64,000 bases of DNA from Macrostomum lignano (Eukaryota), in assembly GCA_002269645.1 (NCBI GenBank), contig NIVC01000866.1, forward strand, positions 262,441 through 326,440. Direction: 5' to 3'. Position numbers and translations under genes: made by a program. Under the pieces are notes generated by a model. That model saw only the letters and a program-made list of their open reading frames with translations. It did not search any database and was not told the origin of the DNA. Below, in pieces: positions 35,152 to 47,280 of this stretch; position 1 is the stretch's first letter; each line of letters begins with the position of its first letter.

Positions 35152-36342
35152 TCACAGGGGCCGCCAGTCGATGGCTCCCAGGAGCTGCGCCACCATATCC
35201 CCACGTGCAAAGTCGCTCAGACTAGTGGCGCCGATGTTGCGGCGAATTGTTTCGAGCCTAGGGCAGGTCCAGAGGTGGAATTGGTCCGGGACATCCAGGC
35301 AAAGACGGCAGGGGCCGCCATCGGAGATGCCTGTGCGGTTGCGATAGTTAGTTGGAGTCAGGGCAGTGGCCTGCTCTGACTTGCGCCACGAGGATTTGTT
35401 GGCGGCGTGGTCCCTGATGGAAGGAGATCGGTTTACCGTAGACCTCGGCCATGTGCCCTTGAAGGGTTGGACGGTACTTGAGATGATGACGAATGCGCTC
35501 TTTAGCGGCTGCAAAGGATATTTCGGACTCGTCCTGTGGCAGGGTGGCCGCGAGCTAAGCCTCTGCGTCGACCAGTTCGTTACCGGGCACTCCGAATGTC
35601 CCGGAACCCATTGCAGGGTAATCTTCGTGTGCATGGCTGCGTTAGCAAGGAGATCTTTAACTTGCTCAAGCCGCAGGTTGAGGGTTGGACGGTCAGCTTT
35701 GATGGCGGCGATGGCGCTCTGGCTGTCGGTTAGAATGACGGCTTGGCGCGGCTCGGAGCTGATAATGTCTTCCAGGGCGAGCTTGATGGCCATTAATTCG
35801 GCTTCATAGGAGTTGCACCAGCGACCCGCTGCTGCGTGCCCGCGGCGACGCATGGTGCTTTCTTGGTCGAGGAGGATCCATGCGGCTCCGCCGTTTTCGA
35901 CCCCTCCGGTGGCCGAGCCATCCGTGTAGTAGGTGCAGGAACCTGGGCAGCGTTGCTCGATGGCTGTAAAAATTTGTTCGGTTGGAGTTGCTCCCAGGTC
36001 TGGCAGGTTGGTGAAACAGTCGATGCCCAGGTCGACAAGAGAGGCCCAGGGTGGCCGACGGGTAAGGTGGAAGGGCATGCGCGGGAGCGGCATCATGGAG
36101 TCGCAGATGCGCCTCGCTTGTTCGCGCAGGCCTCTGTTAGCCTCAAGACGGACGTTCGAGTGCCTTTCGCAGATCTTGCGAAGTGGGTCGCTGAGAGGGC
36201 GACGGATGGCTTTCTCGTAGGTGAGCAGAGCACGCCTGCGGGCCTCAACGCTGATGGGGTCGACCTGAGCTTCCAGGTAGATAGCGGTCGAGCTCATCCA
36301 GGCGAGTCTTGGACAGCCAGGGCGTCCAGGCCGATGCTGCAT
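35152..36342 (-). pseudogene. LINE RNase H and C-terminal zinc knuckle
   Basis: YYTDGS, EAELMAI, ILTDSQSAI, WVPGHS, CRLC..HLWTCP; frameshift after PGHS. Confidence 0.88.
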
Positions 36343-37429
36343 GCCAGATCACCGACTCGACCAGAGCACGGTTGACTTTGATCAGGAGGAGGCGATCCCA
36401 TCCCCATTCCCGGTTGGCTAAAGCTTTGATGATGGCGGTTCGACGGAGCATTTTGTTCTTGATTTCGCTCAGGTGTTTGTCGAAAAGAAGACCGCGGTCA
36501 ATCGTGACCCCGAGGAATTTCAGCGCCAGCTTGCTGGGGATAGGACGGCCAAGCATCGAGAGTTGAACGGTGGTGTCGCGATCGGCTCGGTTTCGGGAGA
36601 ACAGACAGTATTCAGTCTTCGACGGGTTGACCTCGATGCGAAGATTTTTGGCCCACTTTTCGATGAGGCGGAGGGCCCTTTGAATGCGTTCACGGACATG
36701 TTTCTGCCGGACACGGTGATGTTTCTGCCGGAGGCCCAGATAACGAGGTCGTCCGCGTATCCACTGTAATCGACATCTTGGACGATGTGGTCAGCCCAGG
36801 CGTTGATATAAAGAAGGAACAAGACCGGGGGCTGACGGCGCCTTGCGGGACGCCCTCCCGGAGCCTGCGCCATTTTCTGCCTGCCCAGCTGGCAGAGCTG
36901 GCAAATCATCTCACCATACAGGCCGGCAGGCCTTCATCCATCAGGCGGGAGATGAGCAGGGTCCTCCAGACGCGGTCGAAAGCGCACGAGCAGTCGATCA
37001 GTACTGCTAGGGTCTTCAGGTGCGGAGACTGTTCCCAGCCGTCCTGGATGGCCTGGACCAGTCGGGCCACTTGCTCCTCACAGCTACGGCCGCGCTGGAA
37101 ACCGGCTTGCCAGGAAAGGATTTTATTGCGTTGCTCCAGCCAGTGAAAGAGGCGGTCCAGGATCAACCTCTCCAGATTTTACAACAGATAGAGATGAGGC
37201 TGACGGGGCGGTAGCTTCCACACTCTTTGGGGTCTTTTCCGTCCTTCAGCAGCGGGATGATGACGGCCTTTTTCCAGGCTCCTGGGCAAAGGCCGATGCT
37301 CCAGCAGCGATTGAAGATTTTCAGCCAAGCGTTGAGCCAGGAATCAGGGAGATTAATGAAGAAGGCGGCCTCAATGCCGTCGGGGCCGCATTTTTTGCTA
37401 GGATCTAGTTTGTCGATGGCCCTCCGCAA
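36245..37429 (-). pseudogene. LINE reverse transcriptase (frameshifted fragments)
   Basis: WKKAVIIPLLK, YRPVSL, QAGFQRGRS, IDCSCAFDRV, PVLFLLYI, YADD, KFLGV. Confidence 0.92.
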
Positions 37430-37482
37430 CTCTCCTGTAGTGAAAGGAAGGTGGTAGTTGAGATCGTCGGAGTGGTAATTAG

Positions 37483-39491
37483 CTAGCCTGTTGGCAGTGT
37501 TGACCTGACCTTAAACTTGCGGTCAGCTGATGTCAGGTGAAGGGAGCTGATGTCTTTGTAGTGGCGGCCGAAGGCGTTCGCCTTGTCCTTGTCAGTGCAA
37601 AGTTCGCGTCCGTCAACAACCAGAATTTCATTGGGTTTCGACCCTTGTCTTCCGTTGTTGAGGCAATTGATGGTTCTCCAGGTCTGTTTGGGGTCGGAGG
37701 ATTCTGACAGTTTGTGCACGTACTCCTTCCAGAAAGCGCTTTTCTTGTCGGCGCAGAGCTTGCTGAGTTCAAGGCTCTTTTCCCTCCAGAGGTCGGGCGG
37801 GGCGCCAGACTCACGGAGTTGGTTCCGTGTATTCCTGAGTTCGATCAGTTCCTCGTCCCAGTACGGCTTATTCTTCTTAGAGACCTTCTTTTTCGGAATA
37901 GCGGCAGAGGCGGCAGTCAGCATGCCGTTGCAAAGGCGGGTGACTTGCTGCTTAATGGTACCGCGGTTGAGATTGGTATCGGCCGCTTCGAGCAGGGACC
38001 TGTAGACTGGCCAGTCAGCTTTCTTCCAGGACCAGTGGAACTGATTGGGCTCGGCAAGGGTGTTCCGGGGCGCTTGCAGCGTCACAAGGATGGGTTTGTT
38101 ATCGGAGCCAAGTTCATTCAAAACAGTCCAGGTGCACTGGGGGGCAAGTCCGCCGCTGGCAATGGTGAGGTCGGCGGCGCTGTTACGACCGGAATGGCGG
38201 TCGACACAGGTGTGTTCACCAGTGTTCAGAATGCGGTACTGAGAGGTGGAGCACCAGTCAAGGAGGCATTTGGATTGAGCAGCGCTGTCTCTGCCTTGGT
38301 CTCCCTTGCTGCCCCAAGCTGGATGATGGAGATTCAGATCCCCAGTGATGAGTTCGCGGTTGTGACATTTGAGCCAGTCATCCACGCTCGGGTGCTCTCG
38401 GTGGTCTTCGCCTTCCACCCGCCGGATGGGGGGGGGCGGTAGATATTGGAGATGATCAGCTTATTTCTGGCGGAGTCATTGATGACGAAGCGACATCTTT
38501 CAGTGGTGCCGCCTGACCATCCCCGGAGTTTACGAAATGGAATGCCTTGCCGAATGTAGCACAGGAGGCCGCCTCCTTTGATGTTGGGGTCGCGCCTTGC
38601 AACTTTTCGGTCTTTGCGGATCACAGCGAACCCTGGCAGTTTGGGAGTCTTGTGGAACGATGTGAGCTTACTTTCTTGGACAGTGATGATATCAGCTTGG
38701 ACCCTGTGAGCAAGCTCTTCGAGCTCTCCGATCTTGTTCGAGATGCCGTCCGCATTCCACTGGATAATTCTAAGGTTCGGCTTAGCATTGTTCCAGCCGG
38801 ACAGGATGCGCGGGAGGTGTCTCAGGGGTCCAGAGGGGTCATCTTCAGACGGAGATGTCGGGCTCGGCCGGCGGGCAGCATTAGAGCAGCAGTTGTATCT
38901 CCAGAGACCTCGGCTGACTTCGCGTTTGATCTGCTCCCGTGTCGCAGCCGTGCACGCATTGTGGAAGAAGCCTTCGCAGGTATTACAGCAGGCGATGACG
39001 GAGCTGACCCTGACGGGTTTGTTACAGTGGGCGCAATTTGGTTTCTCTTCGCGGAGGCGACGGAGGAGCTCTTCACGTCTGCTGTATCCACGATTGGCGC
39101 CATCAGCAGGTTCCTCTGGTGAACCGGTGGCCTGGTTGCCGGGATCGGTGTCCGGGCCGCCAGAGCAGGTTGGGCAGCGCCAGTCGGGAGAACCGATCTT
39201 TTTGTCGGCCGCCCAGCGGCTGAGGCCGGAGCAGTCACGTTGGAGGTGAAAATCATGCCCGCATGGTTGGCAGTGAAGGGATCTCCCTCGGAGGGGGCGA
39301 CCACACTCACGCCGCCCACAGATACGAGTATGAGTCGGGCCTGGACCTGGGTTCGGCTCGATGTCACCGGCCCTGAGCAGGAGCGTTGAGAGCCGGCGTG
39401 CCTCGCTGCCAGCGTTTCCGGTGTCGCAACCAAGGTACACCCTGCTGGAGAAAATCGCGAAACACAAAAGCAACAGTTGCACGTGGGACAT
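37483..39491 (-). pseudogene. LINE N-terminal leader/2A, two PHD fingers and APE endonuclease
   Basis: ATG at 39491; DIEPNPGP; two Cys/His fingers; IIQWNADG, VQESK, NIYRPP, TGDLNLH, DLTI, GSDN(H); frameshift at the G9 run 38428-38436. Confidence 0.9.
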
Positions 39492-39515
39492 GGTGTCCGA
39501 TTTACGGCGCTCTTC

Positions 39516-39517
39516 GT

Positions 39518-39549
<32 letters not shown>

Positions 39550-39803
39550 ATGATGTTGTTGTTGTTGTTGATGATGCTGTTGTTGTTGTTGTTGATGATG
39601 ATGATGTTTTTGTTGTTGATGATACTTTTGTTGTTGTTGCTGTTGTTGTTGATGTTGATGATGTTGTTGTTGTTGATGATGATGATGTTGTTGCTGTTGT
39701 TGTTAATGATGATGATGTTTTTGCTGTTGTTGTTAATGATGATGATGTTGTTGTTGTTGTTGATGATGATGTTGTTGCTGTTGTTGTTAATGATGATGTT
39801 GTT
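39516..39803. repeat. Mixed (AAC)/(ATC) trinucleotide tract in the LINE 5' region
   Basis: Seen directly (GTT/GAT on the plus strand); in frame with the LINE ORF. Confidence 0.95.
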
Positions 39804-40420
39804 CCTGTTGATCCTGCACTGCTGTCCTCCCGCTGCGGTTGTTGCTGTTGCTGCAGGAGGCTGGCCCGCCAGGCCAAGCACAGCCAGGACCCCAGCCAGC
39901 AGAAGCTCTGGCAGCCTCCCTCGGGAACTCCTTACTCGATTACGAGACTCTGCTTCCCACTTTCGCGAGTGATACTTTACTTCAATACTAGGACATTCTT
40001 GAAGCCGGAACTCAAGTAGAAAGCAGCAGGTATCGGAAATCAGCGCTGTTAATTAGGTAATTTGCTCAAAGCAGAAATGAGAATCACCCAGCCCAGGAGG
40101 CGCAGTAATTTGATGTCTGTGATGATATAAATACTTGAAACTGCAAACCGGCTGGCCTTTGTGATGGCATTGCTTTGATTCCCGAGTCCCGAGCCTCAGG
40201 AAAATGGTGCGACAGTCTGCGCCTGCTCTGTCAAACAGCTGGTCTTGAAGGTGACCCGCGGCTGGCTATGAAATTAGCAATTAGGAAGCTCTTCTCTGCG
40301 CGCAGGTGTTAAATGCATAGATCAGATAGATATGCGCAATGTGGGCGCATGTACTTATAGTCGGGCACAAGCAGACTTTAGGAATTGTAGTGCTAGTGTC
40401 TCTGACTATGTAAGGTCAGT

Positions 40421-41410
<990 letters not shown>

Positions 41411-44400
41411 GACGCCATTGATCCGTTGTCAGATCCAGCTTAATAGAGCAATTCTCATTAAGGTCATGAAGCTAGTCCTGCTTTTAACTTTTCAGGCAAT
41501 ACTTTTTTCTCTTTGTCAATGAATCGCATGCTGTTGTCACTTCATGCGAACAAATGTTTTGCACTGTTTTTGCTGCCGAAAGGAGCTCCAGGAAAGTGCT
41601 CTCTGTAATCACGGATGCGCGTGCTTGCGGTGCTCTGCAATGTTTCATGCATAGATTCGTCATTACCTCGTAATTATGCGACTCGCTCTAAAAAAGCTAA
41701 CAAAATTAATCGTGTTTGGGGAAGCAATTCGAAAATGCATGCAATTATTTAGTGTGAAGCAGTGTTGTTTTTCTCCAGATGTATATACATGTAGACCACA
41801 TACTACTTTGAGTACTGTTGCAATTTTAGCTATAGTCTGCTGCTGTTTTGTGTGACTGCTTTGGTGAACTTTTGGGCAACTTCATGTGTCCCCCGCAACT
41901 GCCGGGACTGACGTGTGTCTTAACTATAATGTTTTGATGAATTACCATTTGAATGTCGCTTAAATTACTGTGCCAGGGTGCACACAGCCCCCTGGCTCTA
42001 ATAAAAAGGCTAGCTACAGGTGAGAAGGGCACAGTGCATGGGGTTTTTTACATGTACATGTACGATTGTGGAGTCGGGATCATATAAATGCAGCACACAC
42101 GTGCACCCACAGTTCCAAAAAAAATTGTGGGTGCACGTGTGTACATGCACATGTACGTCTGCGGCATTTTACATGTAATTACTGTAGCCTAGGCCGGTCA
42201 AAAAAGAAGACCTTCCAAATTTCTTTAAGCTGCTTCGAGTGATCGAATGGTGCTTCTGTGTGGGTTTATTCTGTCCTTCTCTACTACTTTGGCTTCGCCC
42301 ACGGAGGACGCACCACCAAGTGTCAGCCAGCGATCGAAGGGCCCAGTCACAAGCTAGAGTAATGTGAATTTGAGATAGTTTAGACAGGTAATATAAAATT
42401 ATAAATACATACTGCTAATTATAAAATAGCATTAATTTAAAGCTTTTTATTTAATACAGTAAAAGTATTTGTTATACCGCGGTAATAAAAAATAATTAAA
42501 ATTAAAATTATGTGGCTTTCTTAGATGCAAGTATTGCATCTTGACTATCTATAGATATACCGTATGCGTAATACTACCCTGTTAATTGCACCTACATAAT
42601 TTGTTTTTATATATGAGCTATATAACGTCATTCTTCAGCTATATTAAAGGAGCGATTATAGTTATAGCTGCAACAATCTGAGAAAGTAAAACAAAAAGTT
42701 TATAAGTTCAAATATTTTATTGCTAGGCTAGGCTAGGCCTAGGGCGCTTAAATTAATTTAGATTTGTTTTTTATGCTATAAATTGATTTTATAATATTGA
42801 TGCCCTTGCTTTTGGTTGAAGTCATCATATCAAATGTTTAAGTTTTGCACATTTGGTCAAATAATCATTAAACATAAGATGAAAATTTTGAATATGACAA
42901 TTTTGACTATACTCAGCTTTAAACTCAAAAGTTAAAAGTAAGGTAGATAACACAGCTCAATAATCCTTTTTGAATATAAAGTATGCTTTTTCTTAGAACA
43001 CTTGACTTGAGAAAAAAAGTTTCTTTACTGATAAATTTTGACCTTATTCAGGAAGACATCAAATTATTGCCCTAGATTCTGATAGGGGGTCTAGTGAGAT
43101 TTTGAAACTTCTAAATTTCTCATTTTTTACTATGTAGTATGATAGATCTTGTTTGTATAAGTAAAAAGACACCTCACTTTTTTTAATTTTGATCAAGTAA
43201 TAAAAAGTTATAACACTTGAACTATTCAATGGATTTTCATTCTTTATATGTCATTTTTTAGCATTTTTCTTGTAGATTATTTTGCATTAGTCCTTTGAAA
43301 AATATAACTAATAGTTTTTCTTTTATTCTCAAAATAAAAATATGCCATATATATACAATTTTAATCCTTACACCATAATTAGGCCTGTTTTGTCCTTATA
43401 TAGAGCATCCAGATGTAACACCAAGACGATCCAGCTGGCTGGCAAGGGGCCCAGCCAAGGTAAGCTGCAAAAATACGCATTCAATTTTAAAGTAGTGCTG
43501 ATTAGCTGATGAAGCATTTAACCCTCATAATACAGTCATAGTTACTCCTGCCGTTTACCCAAACATTACGTGGCTATGCTTTTTTCATAGTTAAGTTGCT
43601 TTTTTCGATTAAAAAGTAAGTTGTACAGCCATTGTATTCATGTACATACATGCTTATATGCACATATAATGTCCAATGCAATGAAACTTAATAGTAAAAT
43701 AAAATCCATTAGACTAATAAGGTGACGAGTCACTTTCCTATGAAGCAGTAATAATAGTTACTCCTGCTGTTTACCCAAAACATCGATGCCATTACTGGAG
43801 TTGTGGGAAGAGCTGGCAATGAGATCATTGTTTCGTCTTGTTTGTATGCCAGTTTAGATAATAAAACAGAAAAAAAACACCATCGATGCATATTTGAAAA
43901 AATTGCACAACATTTTCTATTTCAAATGGCAGTTTACGTGTATTTTGGCTCAAACTTTGAATTAGTATTGTGTAAATGTGGGAATACATAATAACAAGCA
44001 GTTTTCAACATTAGAAACTATGTTGCTAGTATAATAGAAAGCATCATTCAAAAGTTCCACCGATGGTTTTTCAAAGGACAAAAACTCAAAAACAAAATTT
44101 TGCTGGCCTGTTATAAGGGTACATGAAAAAATTTTAGAATTTTTTTTCAGTTTTTTGTAGTCAAATATGTTTATATTCCACTGTGTTCAATACCTTGTGT
44201 TATAGTCCTTCAATTTTGCAATGATCTTCAATTTTCTAGAAGCATATGTTTTTCTCATTTTTTGGCTTCATTTTATAAATTAAGTACAAAATGTATAAAG
44301 TTTGACCAAGTGTAACTTTTTTCATACTTGCACGATTTAAACAATCAGACACTCACTAGAAAGTAGCATTCATCAGCTTTTTAGTTTATATTGTGGCTTC

Positions 44401-45360
44401 TTCATACTGTGTGTAGTTTTTATTTTATTCATTTTTAAAGTTGATACCTTTTTTATATTTTTTTTTAATTTTTCCTACCTTTTATATAGCTCACAGGACT
44501 CGCTACCTAGAATTAGAATATTCATTTCACTCAATTAAAGCTTAAAAATCATATAGACTATATGCTTTCCTACAAGTTTTTTTTTCTAAATAAACTCAAT
44601 ATTCTTTGTGTATTATATTTTCTTGTTAAGTCAATATTTTTGGAGACAATATATTCTATTTATATGCCATCTAGTTACATTATTATTATACATTGTTTTT
44701 TTCATAAAAAATATAATGACAATACAAAACATATATAGAAATCAAATATTTGGCACTGCAAGTTGATTAACAAATAATTACATATGTTTTATAACAAATT
44801 TGCTAATAAAATTTTTTGCACTATATGCACTAGGGACCTCATTGTGTATTGTAATTAGACCAAGTCATAATTATAAAAATCTCATATTTTATAATAGCTT
44901 CTCTTATATTGATAATTGGATTATTATTCTTAAATACTTTTTTCCATTATATAAACAAGTATGTAAAATAAGATTTTTCCAAAAGCCAATTGAATTCACC
45001 TATAATTTATGTAAAACTTTAAAACATGTTAAATTAAACTGCTTTTATAATTTTTATAAGTTTATTGACATGGTCATGTTTCATTTTTGATCATATATAG
45101 ACAACAATGTTTTGCTTAAAAGCCTTAATATTCTAAGTGCAAAAACTTATGTTCTAATTTGTATATCAACTTTAAACATCTAAAATGTATAGGCTTTGCT
45201 AATTCAATAAATTCTATATCAGTTTTAGATTTAAATAGTATTTAACTGAATCCATTATACTAAAATGGTTTGTGTGCACTTTGTATTTATCATAATATTA
45301 CATATATAAACAGCCTCACCACTCCATCACTGATACCATTGCAGCATCCCAGCAATCCAG

Positions 45361-47280
45361 ATGAGCAACATAGCAGACCAACGCATCCGGCGAGAGTTCA
45401 AAGAGGTGATGAAGAGTAACGAGATTGCCAGCCATCACATCCGGGTGGAGCCAGTCTCCGATAATTTGCGAAAACTGCGTGGAGAAATCTGCGGTCCACC
45501 CGATACGCCCTATGAGCACGGCAAATTCCAGGTTTGCGGGGCCGGATTTTCACTCACAGTGTCTCACTTTGCTACATCATGAATGTTCCATAAAAAGTAT
45601 TAAAAGTATCCTTAATAACAAACCTCAATTCAACCCTCCGATATTTTCATAAAACAAAAGAAAAAACTAATATTTTTACTAACAGTAGAGTGAGAAGAAC
45701 ATGTTTACGCACGTATTGTGAAAATAATAGGAGGAACGATGATTGACTGCCGGCAATTTAGATTTAGGTTTTAGGTTTAGGTTAGTGCGGTTAGGTTTAA
45801 GTTTCGGGTAGGGTTTAATTTAGAGTTTAGGTTTAGTTTAGATTTAGGATTTAGGTTTAGAATTTGTTGGGGTTAGGTTTAAGTCGGTAGTCAGTTGCTC
45901 ACCAGCTCAAGTATGGTAAATTGCATTATAACAAATATAAATGCAATGATTGATTTACGGTTCCTCAACTCCCCCCTAATTTTCTTCCTTGGCCAGCTGG
46001 AGGTGGTGATCCCGGACACGTATCCATTCACGCCGCCAAAAGTGAAGTTCATCACCAGGATCTGGCACCCGAACATCAGCTCCGTGACCGGTGCCATCTG
46101 TTTAGACATCCTCAAAGACCAATGGGCAGCCGCAATGACCCTGCGCACCGTGCTGCTGTCCCTGCAGGCCCTGCTGGCCTCGCCAGAACCCGACGACCCG
46201 CAGGATGCGGTGGTTGCCAAGCAGTACAGGGAGCAGCATGCCGTGTTCCTGCAGACGGCCAGGCACTGGGCCCACGCCTATGCTGGCGCCCCGGACAGGG
46301 AGCCCGACCTCAAGGCCAAGGTGGAGTCGCTCAAACAGATGGGATTTCCCGAGGTGAGGCAGGAACTGCGTCGGGCTCTGGTGAAATTAAATCTCCCAAA
46401 ATAGCCGGTTGGATAAGATCCGTCACAGTGTTGTCAGATCCTGAAATATCCTCGAAATCTCTTAGGAATTTCAGATCCCAAAATGCCCCGCAGGGTTGTC
46501 AGATCTCAAAATATCCCTAAAATCTTATAGGGTTGTCAGATCGCAAATTATCCCCAATATACCCAAATCTCTTACAGGGTTGTCCAATCCCAAAATATCC
46601 ACAAAATCTCCCAGTGTTGTCATATCCCAAAATATCCTCAGAATCTCCCAGTGTTGTCAGATCCCAAAATATCCCCGAAATCTCCCACAGGGTTGTCAAA
46701 TCCCAAAATATCCCCAAAATCTCCCCCAGGGTTTTCATATCCCAAAATGTCCCAAAAATCTGCCATAGGGTTGTCAGATCCCAAAATATCCCGAAATCTC
46801 CCATAGGGTTGTCAGATCCCAAAATATCCCGAAATCTACCATAGGGTTGTCAGATCCCAAAATTTCCCGAAATCTCCCACAGATTTGTTAAGTTCCATCT
46901 ATCCCCAAAATCTCCCACAGGGATCACAAAATATCCCCAAAATATCGCACTGAGTTGTCAGATCCCAAAATATCCCCAAAATCTCCCATAGGGTTGTCTA
47001 GTCCCAAAATCTCCCACAGGGTTGTCAGATCCCAGAATATCCCCAAAGTATTCCACAGGGTTGTCAAATCCCAAAATCCCCCACAGTTAAAGGTTGTCAG
47101 ATCCTAAAAGATCCCCAAAACCTAGCACAGTAATTCAACATCCCAACGATATTTCACCTTTCGACTTCCCACCCGACACAATTCCTGGGAAAAATTTGAT
47201 TGCAGCACGACTGCCGCGTGGCGCTGTCCTCCAACGTGTGGAACCTGGAGCGGGCGACCGAGCACCTGCTCAATCAGTGA
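45361..47280 (+). CDS. UBE2K: Ubiquitin-conjugating enzyme E2 K (E2-25K/HIP2)
   Basis: Exons 45361-45531, 45997-46353, 47206-47280 give 200 aa. GPPDTPYE, YPFTPP, WHPNISSVTGAICLDILKDQWAAAMTLRTVLLS, C-terminal UBA (MGF..ATEHLL). Confidence 0.97.
45757..45885. repeat. Degenerate (TTTAGG)n telomere-like tract in UBE2K intron 1
   Basis: Imperfect TTAGG/TTTAG units. Confidence 0.7.
46420..47120. repeat. ~39-bp degenerate minisatellite (GGGTTGTCAGATCCCAAAATATCCCCGAAATCTCCCATA)
   Basis: Fills UBE2K intron 2. Confidence 0.9.

Larger units (their letters stand above)
35108..39960 (-). mobile_element. Non-LTR retrotransposon, Ingi/I-group type (2A-PHD-PHD-APE-RT-RNase H-CCHC), degenerate
   Basis: (CAA)n tail at 35108-35136 about 15 nt after the stop; domain motifs distributed across frameshifted ORFs; 5' boundary approximate; no TSD found. 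Confidence 0.93.

Noticed and set aside
39880-40030. HDV-like ribozyme expected at the 5' end of Ingi/L1Tc-type elements
   Set aside because: Local hairpins exist (e.g. GGAGGCTG/CAGCCTCC) but I could not assemble the nested double pseudoknot by eye; an RNArobo/Infernal HDV search would decide.
43516-43600. TTAA-CCCT start resembling a piggyBac end
   Set aside because: No matching inverted terminus found downstream.
45757-45885. Interstitial telomere or chromosome fusion scar
   Set aside because: Short, highly degenerate, single orientation, inside a conserved gene's intron.
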